Under the pieces are notes generated by a model. It searched no databases and was not told where the DNA came from. It was given only the letters and a program-made list of their open reading frames with translations. A stretch of DNA of 64,000 nucleotides from a virus. The DNA lies in IMG/VR virus record IMGVR_UViG_3300045988_147821, positions 49,352 to 113,351 of that record; one strand, given 5' to 3'. Below, piece by piece: positions 8,576 through 16,059 of the stretch (position 1 is the stretch's first letter; the number at the start of each line of letters is the position of its first letter). A program made the position numbers and the translations under genes.

Positions 8576-9475
8576 TCATAATTTCTTTAATTTAAAGGTT
8601 ATGTTTTCGGGAAGTTTAGTTTTGTCAACTGTTTTGATAAATTCGTCAAATTGTTCTTGCGTTACTTTTTCTTCGTAATCATTCCAATTAAATACAAGTT
8701 CATTGCTATGATTGTAGTATATTACGTTTTTAATGGGAATCCCGGTGTCAAGAAGGGCTAACCTAACTAGCTTTCTATTTTCCGCTTTTTGTGTTTCTTT
8801 TTCGAAATCTGCAATTATTTCATTGCGTTTCTTCTCGTATTCTTCACGTTTTTTCTGGTCTTTTCGTGCCTGTATGGCTTCACTAGTATAATACCCTTCC
8901 TTAATTCTGTTTTCGATTAGTGTACGTTCTTCGTCCGTCAATTTTAATGCAAAACGTTCGCTTTCGGGTTTATACGGGTTTTCCCATGTGTTACCCGTCA
9001 ATGCTTCTAATTGTTTGATAGCCTTTAAACTTTCTTGTTTCCAACGGTCTACGATCCCTAGGGTATATAGTAGGTGTTTAAAGTACAACTTATCCTCTGT
9101 ATTATTACGTAATATATCGTATTCTGTTTCAGTGATACGTAGGTAGTTTATTGCCTTTTCCTTGTCGCTGTTTACTAGGTGATATACTCCATTTTCAACG
9201 GGATACATTGGCTGCCCGTAATGGTTGCACAAATGTAGGTCAATAAATGTTTTAAACTCTGGGAAATACTTCAAAATTTCGTCGTGACAACAACCACTAG
9301 CACACCAAACGAAACGCCCGTTCCTACGTTTTTCATATATATCCGCTGTGATGCCCCAATCACATACACCATTTTTGCAACAATCATTTAAACTTATACG
9401 CACATTCATTTTGTAGGTTATTCCGTTCTCTACATAAAATTTTGTTACATTGTAAGATAAATTCTTTGTTTCCAT
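8576..9475 (-). CDS. hypothetical Cys-rich protein (299 aa), accessory island
   Basis: Start re-set to ATG 9475 (METKNLSY), because the track start 9520 lies inside the repeat leader. N-terminal Cys cluster: CCKNGVCDW...WCASGCCHDE...LCNH. Confidence 0.55.
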   Translation of the reverse strand: METKNLSYNVTKFYVENGITYKMNVRISLNDCCKNGVCDWGITADIYEKRRNGRFVWCASGCCHDEILKYFPEFKTFIDLHLCNHYGQPMYPVENGVYHLVNSDKEKAINYLRITETEYDILRNNTEDKLYFKHLLYTLGIVDRWKQESLKAIKQLEALTGNTWENPYKPESERFALKLTDEERTLIENRIKEGYYTSEAIQARKDQKKREEYEKKRNEIIADFEKETQKAENRKLVRLALLDTGIPIKNVIYYNHSNELVFNWNDYEEKVTQEQFDEFIKTVDKTKLPENITFKLKKL

Positions 9476-9624
9476 AATTATAAGTATTTTTAATTGTTCG
9501 TTAATCGTTTTTTCAATCACATTGCAAAGGTAAGGATAAAAACCGAAATAACAACTATTTCGGGAAATTATTTTTGTTAATAAATGTTTAATGATAGGTA
9601 AAACGTTGAAATTGAGTGAGTTAT
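9461..9624 (-). repeat. stem-loop + promoter cassette, copy B (extends through the start codon)
   Basis: Hairpin at 9543-9550 / 9556-9563. -7 box TACCTTTG at 9525-9532. ATG at 9475. Confidence 0.8.
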
Positions 9625-9932
9625 TTACGTTTAATTTTTTGCGTCCAAATACGTTTTCTTCCTCCTAATGTGGCAGTTTTCACCCAAATATTATATAATT
9701 TACATTTAGGGTATAATTTACTGTTATTAAGTAACATTAAGTCGTTATTGCTTAATTCTTTCCACCCCCTAGATATAGGGGTATAACCTGTTAACTTAAT
9801 ACTTTCGGGGGCATTCTCTGATATGGTAAGCGTTTCAACTTCTATTGGGAAATTGTAATCTTTCATTCTGTTTAATGTATTGGAGCGTTTGGTCGCTCGT
9901 CTTAATATTACATTGATATTTTTTGCTTTCAT
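9621..9932 (-). CDS. hypothetical basic protein (103 aa), accessory island
   Basis: ORF ending at the edge of cassette B. Confidence 0.45.
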   Translation of the reverse strand: MKAKNINVILRRATKRSNTLNRMKDYNFPIEVETLTISENAPESIKLTGYTPISRGWKELSNNDLMLLNNSKLYPKCKLYNIWVKTATLGGRKRIWTQKIKRK

Positions 9933-9946
9933 TATTGTATGATTTT

Positions 9947-10378
9947 TTAAATGTTATTTAAATATGATTTTGGAAGTAATGGAAAAACATTCAAAACTTC
10001 TTTAAAACTTATTTCTCCAAACTTTTCGATATATACGGAAAAATAACGTTCTTTCCGCCTACGATCAATAGTTATGCAGCTAGGTACGTCCTTTCGTTTT
10101 AACGTATTATAGTCGTTTGCGTGCTTTCTTACAAACTTAATCAATTCGGGCGTGTCTCTGTATAGTTTTATTATGTTTTGTGTCCTGGTGCCGTTATAAT
10201 ACACTCGTTTAACCTGTTTTTCGGGTAACTTGTGCCCGTCATAGCTTTTCCAAAACTTGATATTTTCCTTTATAATATTCAATGTGTCAATGCTTCTACT
10301 AGCTTTAAACGTTCCTATCTTAATACTTTCGTTTTCAAGGATAGGATATAATTCTTTTTCTACATTCTGTTTTTTCAT
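9947..10378 (-). CDS. hypothetical protein (143 aa), accessory island
   Basis: Start re-set to ATG 10378 (MKKQNVEKE), just downstream of the stop of 10383..10655. Confidence 0.5.
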   Translation of the reverse strand: MKKQNVEKELYPILENESIKIGTFKASRSIDTLNIIKENIKFWKSYDGHKLPEKQVKRVYYNGTRTQNIIKLYRDTPELIKFVRKHANDYNTLKRKDVPSCITIDRRRKERYFSVYIEKFGEISFKEVLNVFPLLPKSYLNNI

Positions 10379-10382
10379 AATG

Positions 10383-10655
10383 CTAAATATTTTCAGTGTA
10401 AACATAATTTCCTGTATTCACTTCTACAACTGACACGGTACCGCCCTTGTAATCGCCAAAATAGGTTGTATTGTCGTTCCTGTTTGCTTCAATCCATTGC
10501 ATACAATATTCGTAAGTACCATTTATATACTTACAATTGCTTGCTGTGTCATCATTAAAAACCACGTCGTAAACTTGTTCGCAATTGGTTTCGGTTTTTT
10601 GTTTACAATCGTCTATCACTACCACGGCTTTTTGTGATATTCTCTTTGTTTCCAT
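10383..10655 (-). CDS. hypothetical protein (90 aa), accessory island
   Basis: Starts METKR immediately downstream of the cassette C leader. Confidence 0.5.
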   Translation of the reverse strand: METKRISQKAVVVIDDCKQKTETNCEQVYDVVFNDDTASNCKYINGTYEYCMQWIEANRNDNTTYFGDYKGGTVSVVEVNTGNYVYTENI

Positions 10656-10818
10656 AATTGTAAGTGTTTTTTAATTGTTCGTTAATCGTTTTTTCAATCA
10701 CATTGCAAAGGTAAGGATAAAAACCGAAATAACAACTATTTCGGGAAATTATTTTTGTTAATAAATGTTTAATGATAGGTAAAACGTTGAAATTGAGTGA
10801 GTTATGAACTATCAAAAA
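10639..10818 (-). repeat. stem-loop + promoter cassette, copy C (extends through the start codon)
   Basis: Hairpin at 10724-10731 / 10737-10744. -7 box at 10706-10713. ATG at 10655. Confidence 0.8.
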
Positions 10819-10894
10819 TTTCGGTTTTTGATACGGTATATATTGCGTACATGTATATTACACCTTATTATATATAGGGCGTTTGTGATAGAGA

Positions 10895-10930
10895 TCCTAG
10901 TCCTGGTCCTAGTCCTGGTCCTGGTCCTAG
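10895..10930. repeat. hexanucleotide microsatellite (TCCTAG/TCCTGG) x6
   Basis: TCCTAG TCCTGG TCCTAG TCCTGG TCCTGG TCCTAG, read directly from the sequence. Confidence 0.9.
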
Positions 10931-10942
10931 ACGATTGATAGT

Positions 10943-10972
10943 AAAAAAGTCGGACACATGAGGTGCCCGACT
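10943..10972 (-). terminator. hairpin terminator
   Basis: The minus strand reads AGTCGG-13 nt-CCGACT followed by TTTTTT. Downstream of 11037..11534. Confidence 0.55.
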
Positions 10973-11036
10973 GGTGCACCCCCCCAGGGGCAGGAGAGGG
11001 TGTTGCACAAATTTTCGATAGGAGAGGGGAGATCTG

Positions 11037-11534
11037 CTATTCCTGGCCTCCCGTTTGGTTCAACCCCGCCTCCGCCATAATGATTTCCTTGACTTCGGTT
11101 TTCTTGATTGCCTTACAGGTGCACTCCTTCCCTACCCCGATAATCTCCTTGGCAGATTCAATCGCCTTTTCAGAGGCAAGAGATGAATCGGAAGCGAAGC
11201 ACAGGACCTTGTGTGTCCGCGATTTCATTTTGCCCTTCACCTCTTCCATATATTCACAGGTGCACAGATACCATGCCCCATCAGCTTCTCCCCCACCCTT
11301 CTCGGACTTGGGAAGATACGTGTTTATTTTCATCTCACGTATCGGGAATACCCAGAACTCGCCTGTATCGCTTGACACTTCTTCTTCTTTTTCTATCACG
11401 GAAGTATGTTTCATCGCAAGCGTTTCAGCTTCCGTATAGTTTGCAGGGTCCATTACAAGGACGGTCTTTGATGTCTTTACCGATTCACCATCCACATTGT
11501 TCACGTAATAGTTGATTTTACATTCTAAATTCAT
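11037..11534 (-). CDS. DUF4494-like protein (family recalled from memory)
   Basis: Start re-set to ATG 11534 (MNLECKINYY...), because the track start 11543 is a TTG. The pattern LECK...YTEAE resembles the Bacteroidota DUF4494 family as I recall it. Confidence 0.45.
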   Translation of the reverse strand: MNLECKINYYVNNVDGESVKTSKTVLVMDPANYTEAETLAMKHTSVIEKEEEVSSDTGEFWVFPIREMKINTYLPKSEKGGGEADGAWYLCTCEYMEEVKGKMKSRTHKVLCFASDSSLASEKAIESAKEIIGVGKECTCKAIKKTEVKEIIMAEAGLNQTGGQE

Positions 11535-11744
11535 TTTCCTCAAATTTTTATGGTTAATAATTTATTTCACTTCCTCAAATACTTTATCAGTATATTTTGT
11601 TTCACTTCCTCATTCATCATTCACATCATCATCTTTTCCCCAACTTCCTCATCAACTTCCTCAAAAATATTTTTGTCACTTCCTCAAACACTTCCTCAAC
11701 CGTTTCCTCATTACTTCCTCAATAGGAACGGAAACACTTCCTTA
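11534..11744 (-). promoter_or_regulatory. same-orientation array of TGAGGAAGT motifs (plus strand ACTTCCTCA)
   Basis: Seven exact copies start at 11569, 11604, 11643, 11655, 11678, 11690 and 11713. Variants lie at 11534-42, 11702-10 and 11736-44. Confidence 0.75.
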
Positions 11745-11747
11745 ATG

Positions 11748-12176
11748 TCACGGGAGATAAACATCAAGGTCATTTATGCCCGTTTTCCTCATCACCCTAG
11801 TAAGACCCTGCCACGATATAAAAAGTGCCGTATCAAACAGGAAATTGGGCATTTTCATCCACAAAGATTTCGTGGTTATTTCCTCAATGTCCACCCTCAT
11901 TCCATAAAACAGACCGATAGGACGTATCAGAACGCTTTCCTTGCTTGTAAAAACCTCACTTATCTTTCCTAGTGCCACGGAAGATATGTTCTTTCCCGGT
12001 ATCAGGACAATAATGTCCTCACGTGGCATTTCAAGCATTTCCTCTATCTTTTCCGTTTCATCCTCAAAGAAGATATTGTTGTCACGACAAAGTTCAAGAG
12101 TGTACAGGACACTGTTGTTCTTCATGTGATCTATGAAAGCGTTACCCTTTTTATAGGAAAAATTCTTGTATATCAT
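11748..12176 (-). CDS. hypothetical protein (142 aa)
   Basis: Protein-like ORF. The plus-strand ORFs over this region are low-complexity shadows. Confidence 0.5.
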   Translation of the reverse strand: MIYKNFSYKKGNAFIDHMKNNSVLYTLELCRDNNIFFEDETEKIEEMLEMPREDIIVLIPGKNISSVALGKISEVFTSKESVLIRPIGLFYGMRVDIEEITTKSLWMKMPNFLFDTALFISWQGLTRVMRKTGINDLDVYLP

Positions 12177-12181
12177 GGCCG

Positions 12182-12427
12182 TTATTCACTAAATATAATT
12201 TCTGCCGGGCGAATCCACAGTTTGTATGTGGGATATTTCTTTTCCACATCATCTTCATTGTACACCTTTACGAACTTCACATCATCCTTAAGATGCTCGT
12301 ATTTGTCCATCATGGTATCGAAATTCTTCTCAAATTCTTCCGGTGTGGAAGCCATATCCCCGAATGTTATCAATGCAGGCAAAACCTCATTAAACATTTC
12401 CAGTCCGTTTGCTCCTGTTGTTCTCAT
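12182..12427 (-). CDS. hypothetical protein (81 aa)
   Basis: ORF 5 nt upstream of the next gene. Confidence 0.5.
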   Translation of the reverse strand: MRTTGANGLEMFNEVLPALITFGDMASTPEEFEKNFDTMMDKYEHLKDDVKFVKVYNEDDVEKKYPTYKLWIRPAEIIFSE

Positions 12428-12828
12428 TATGTTATCAAAATTTTAAATTAAACGATAAATCCGTGAATATGACAGGACAAATGAATCCCCGTCCAAAAAT
12501 ATAATTAAAAGTATAACGGGTTAATATTGTAAATAATAACAGGGTATCCGATTCCCATATCATATATCACGGATTCAAAGATAAATGTTTTGGTTTATGT
12601 CCGAACGATTCTATAACCTTTTTCGGACAGGAATTTTTTGATTACTAGCGTGTTCACCACCTCCTTTCCATTATGATTGAAACTTCCGGGCAACGAATTT
12701 CTTATAGACCATAACCTGAAAATTTTTGTGTGTATGAACCCTCCCATAAAAATCATCAAGTTCATACACAGACTTGAAACACTTTTCATTGCCCTGCGGA
12801 TTAATCAGTTTATACATATATCTCTAGT

Positions 12829-13359
12829 TTATAGATTTTTGAAATAAAAACCCATTCCATTTGCCGAATAAGCCTTCGTAACGCTGTCAAAAATACGCTT
12901 GTCTATATTCCCATCCATTGCATCATACCATTGGAAACAACAGTCATTATCGGTAATAGGGTATATTTTCGGTCCTTTTGCAGTGTCTATGTCATTAGGA
13001 TTGTCATATCTCATAAAATCAAATATGGTACTTTTTATTGCGAAACGGAACATGGATTTATTCGGTGATTCAATAAACGAAATTCCTTCACGTTCACATA
13101 CATATCTTATGACCGCTCTTATATTTTCAACCCATGATATAGGTTTGTCGGTGGCAATCCATATAGGATTATCCTGCTTTTTAAAGTTGTACAGGTCAAG
13201 TTCCGCAATGCCTATCAACTGGAAGGCAAACAGGGTGGAATATCCGGCTCTTCTTCCAAAATACACCGCATCATCATTTTCCCCGTCAAGACCGTTAAGG
13301 AAAATGCTGTGAAGTCTGTCTATGTCAAATTTCCCATTTGTAATATTATAACTTCTCAT
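12829..13359 (-). CDS. hypothetical protein (176 aa)
   Basis: Protein-like ORF. -7 box TATATTTG 49 nt upstream. Confidence 0.5.
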   Translation of the reverse strand: MRSYNITNGKFDIDRLHSIFLNGLDGENDDAVYFGRRAGYSTLFAFQLIGIAELDLYNFKKQDNPIWIATDKPISWVENIRAVIRYVCEREGISFIESPNKSMFRFAIKSTIFDFMRYDNPNDIDTAKGPKIYPITDNDCCFQWYDAMDGNIDKRIFDSVTKAYSANGMGFYFKNL

Positions 13360-13407
13360 AATAGGGTAATTCTACGATTGTTTAAATTTGATTTTAATTT
13401 TGTGGTG

Positions 13408-13415
13408 CAAATATA
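13408..13415 (-). promoter_or_regulatory. -7 box TATATTTG
   Basis: Fits TAnnTTTG on the minus strand, upstream of the ATG at 13359. Confidence 0.4.
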
Positions 13416-13527
13416 GATATTATTTAAATTTTCACCAAATAAAATAGCAAATAATTTAAATAAAATGGAGCACTCCATTACGAAGCACCCCATTTCAACT
13501 AAAAAACAAAAATAAGATATGGTAAAG

Positions 13528-13980
13528 TTATTTGATGGAGATATAGATATCGTCTTTTGTAGCAAGCAATCTTTTCATAAGGTTATGGAATGTTGCCGTA
13601 CTGTTCATTACCCTTCCTACAATAGAGTTTACTCCCACAAGCACGCAGCCGGAACTATCCTGTGCCGTATTTCCGACATGTATAAGAACACCCTCAAAGC
13701 CTGGTACGCCAATCAATCGTGGCAGTTTACCATCGTATGGTTTTGCCCACGATCTTTCCTTAAAACGCAAGGAAACGGTGTCCATGTCCACCTTATATCT
13801 TCCAGTAGGGATTGCAGTTTGTCCGTACACCTTTATTTCCTTGATTTTATGTTCGGGCATGTCTTGTGAAAGCCCTCTATCCTTATCCTCTATCGTATCG
13901 CAAAAGTCCTCCCCGTCAATGGAGAGTTTTCCTATTGTATAGGTTTCCTTTCTTGCTATTCGTCTAAGTTCAAGTTCCAT
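13528..13980 (-). CDS. YkuD-motif (L,D-transpeptidase-fold) protein, putative peptidoglycan-acting lysin
   Basis: 150 aa. VLIHVGNTAQDSSGCVLVG fits the H-x-G...S-x-G-C-[IV] active-site pattern of YkuD-fold enzymes. Confidence 0.45.
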   Translation of the reverse strand: MELELRRIARKETYTIGKLSIDGEDFCDTIEDKDRGLSQDMPEHKIKEIKVYGQTAIPTGRYKVDMDTVSLRFKERSWAKPYDGKLPRLIGVPGFEGVLIHVGNTAQDSSGCVLVGVNSIVGRVMNSTATFHNLMKRLLATKDDIYISIK

Positions 13981-14174
13981 ACTTCACTGTTTAAAATTTC
14001 ACTTAATTCATTACTGTCGTAAAGGTAAGAAGAAATCTCTTCATCTCCCAATACGGGTGCGACAAAATCCTCGTGTAACAGGATCATTGTTCCGTCAACA
14101 CTTCTTCTTGCGTGGATGGGCGGAACAATCCCATGTTCCATACACCATTTTATTGTTACTATAACGTATCTCAT
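13956..14174 (-). CDS. hypothetical protein (72 aa)
   Basis: ATGA overlap with the 485-aa gene at 14171-14174. Confidence 0.5.
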   Translation of the reverse strand: MRYVIVTIKWCMEHGIVPPIHARRSVDGTMILLHEDFVAPVLGDEEISSYLYDSNELSEILNSEVWNLNLDE

Positions 14175-15628
14175 TTTGTTATCAAATTTTCAAGTACATA
14201 ATTAATTAAATCCTGCTCGGTGAATCCGTCAGTTTCCTTGGTGGGAACTGAATCGAATCCTATGGAGTTGTAGAAAGCTGAACTAATCCATCCGCTATTA
14301 TGGTCAGTATTGCTAAAGAATATAGGAGTTTTAGTTTTATCACCTGTCACATCATTGTTTACTATGGTGATTATTTGCTTTTTGTTTAACAAAGCGGAAA
14401 CTATTGTAGATTCATTCAGTGTTCCATCAATATAGGTCTTGCCGTTTGAGTTCCTACTATTATAAGCAATACTACCTTTGTCATTGAATACGGCAAACAG
14501 CCAAGGTTCAGTAGTATTCAGTCTTTGGTCATAGATAAACTTTCCATCAACAAACGGATTAATAGTAGTAAACAACACCTTAACGCCCTGTTGCAAGTTC
14601 TGTATTTGCCCATAATCATCTACCCCATCAGTTACTAGGGCGTTGGGATATCTAGGTATAAACTCTATTGTTACATCCATATCTCCTGCACTTCCTGTAA
14701 CTCCTATGGCGTTATACAATGAAGTGGTTCCTTCGGGATAGGTTAATGTCACCTCATGTTCCCCGTTGTCAAAAGTATAAAATCCGCCATTTCTGTTTAC
14801 CAAACTAACTTGTCTGCCATCAGAAAGACCTGTAACCTTAAACTTATGCGTTGGGTTAGAGTTTGCCGGAACTATGTTTACCATGTTATCCGTAGTGGAT
14901 AGTTTTTTAGTAATATGAATAATTCTGTTATCTGTAACAGTAACATTTGCTCTATCGGGTAGAATATTGGTGCTAGAAATGTCATACCCTCCCACACCGC
15001 TCATTGCCGCGAACAGGAAATTGTTCAATTTAAGCGGTCTGTTGTTTCCGCTATGGTCTTGCAGGTATGGATTGGCTTTTAGTATCTCGTTTGTGGGAAC
15101 GGATTGTCCTGACGGTAGCTGGGTGATGGTGATGTTACAAGCACCGACAATATTGCCGTTTCTGAATGACAGATTACCCTTTACGGTTTTCAATGGCGGA
15201 ATATCATAGGTTCCGTCTGATGTAATATTAACTAATTTTACATTAGCACTATATCCCCAGTATAATTCCTGCCCCTCCAAAAGACCCTCAACAGTTACTT
15301 TCATTCCAGGAAAATTCTTTGTTTGGTCAGGAATGTAGCATTTTACTGTATCGTTCAGTGTAACAAATCTAGTTATGACAAATGAGGTGCTTGTTATAAT
15401 TACATCAGCATTTACAGAGGGATGCGATCTCCAGTCATTAAAATTTACCGCATAAACATCTACAGGCTTTGACATATCATACCAAAACACCATGTGTTCT
15501 TTCACCCATTTCGCATAATCAGGCGGAAGCGGTCCACCGCTTCCTGCCCTTCGTCTGAAAATAGTTCCGATTCCAATCATAGAATACGCTCCCGGAATGA
15601 TATAAAACGATTTCTTTCTTGCTGCCAT
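14171..15628 (-). CDS. LamG / concanavalin-like jelly-roll protein, putative tail fibre or receptor-binding protein
   Basis: 485 aa, beta-rich. The C-terminal segment ALVTDGVDDYGQIQNL...LFTTINPF...WLFAVF resembles the Laminin_G_3 pattern. Confidence 0.45.
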   Translation of the reverse strand: MAARKKSFYIIPGAYSMIGIGTIFRRRAGSGGPLPPDYAKWVKEHMVFWYDMSKPVDVYAVNFNDWRSHPSVNADVIITSTSFVITRFVTLNDTVKCYIPDQTKNFPGMKVTVEGLLEGQELYWGYSANVKLVNITSDGTYDIPPLKTVKGNLSFRNGNIVGACNITITQLPSGQSVPTNEILKANPYLQDHSGNNRPLKLNNFLFAAMSGVGGYDISSTNILPDRANVTVTDNRIIHITKKLSTTDNMVNIVPANSNPTHKFKVTGLSDGRQVSLVNRNGGFYTFDNGEHEVTLTYPEGTTSLYNAIGVTGSAGDMDVTIEFIPRYPNALVTDGVDDYGQIQNLQQGVKVLFTTINPFVDGKFIYDQRLNTTEPWLFAVFNDKGSIAYNSRNSNGKTYIDGTLNESTIVSALLNKKQIITIVNNDVTGDKTKTPIFFSNTDHNSGWISSAFYNSIGFDSVPTKETDGFTEQDLINYVLENLITK

Positions 15629-15639
15629 CTCATCTTATA

Positions 15640-15647
15640 CCCCCCCC
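15640..15647 (-). repeat. poly-G8 tract (plus strand C8), 11 nt upstream of the ATG at 15628
   Basis: Counted directly: C at 15640-15647. Confidence 0.9.
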
Positions 15648-15650
15648 TAT

Positions 15651-15951
15651 TTAATAACCGATATTGAATTGGGCAGTCGTTCCGTCCTTGAAAACCTTGT
15701 CAACGAGATAGGGGATCGGATATCCCATGGAAGCGTTCACTTCTGCTTCCGATATGGTGTAGGTGTCCTCCAAAGCGGATTCACCGACAAAATGAACTTT
15801 GATTGTTCCTGCTGTAAGGGGTATGATCAGGAATGTACCCCCCCCCTATTGAAAAGTCCTCCTGCAATGTTCCTATTGCCTTTGCACGGGCTATACTTAC
15901 AATACTCGTATGCCCCTTATCGTTAGATAATGTAACTCTATTTGGATACAT
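15651..15951 (-). pseudogene. small beta-rich protein gene interrupted by a poly-G9 tract (frameshifted or phase-variable)
   Basis: ATG 15951 plus 35 codons reach G9 (15838-15846). The protein-like continuation to the stop at 15651-15653 is in the +1 frame. G8 would give about 99 aa. Confidence 0.55.
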
Positions 15952-15982
15952 AATTTATTGATTTTTTAAATTCTATCTGCAT

Positions 15983-16024
15983 CAAAAATAGGAAAATCCT
16001 GTCAATTTCACAACTGGCAGGATT
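15983..16024 (-). terminator. hairpin terminator
   Basis: AATCCTG (15995-16001) pairs with CAGGATT (16018-16024). The minus strand continues TTCCTATTTTTG. Downstream of 16060..17196. Confidence 0.5.
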
Positions 16025-16059
16025 CAGAATGAATGGAAAATCAATTTATGAACACACAA

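Noticed and set aside
10603-10815. Track ORF (70 aa) spanning cassette C. The N-terminal extensions of 8576..9520 (MIEKTINEQLK...) show the same pattern.
   Set aside because: They are translations of the repeated promoter/leader cassette itself. The same peptide EKTINEQLK appears wherever the repeat occurs, and the -7 box lies inside them. The real starts are the ATGGAAAC codons downstream.
7455-10818. Whether the three near-identical repeats could be a CRISPR-like array.
   Set aside because: The repeats are 140-180 bp, the intervals are 1.0-1.9 kb and contain genes, and each repeat carries promoter and terminator features. This does not fit CRISPR.
12595-12817. Possible small gene or remnant. 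The minus-strand ATG at 12817 gives MYKLINPQGNEKCFKSVYELDDFYGRVH... (48 aa), and a second frame ends ...NGKEVVNTLVIKKFLSEKGYRIVRT (part of track ORF 12595..12789). Together they resemble a frameshifted NUMOD1-like fragment.
   Set aside because: It is too short and too degenerate to call, and the two pieces need a frameshift with no homopolymer to explain it. It is mentioned only as a possible second homing-endonuclease relic.
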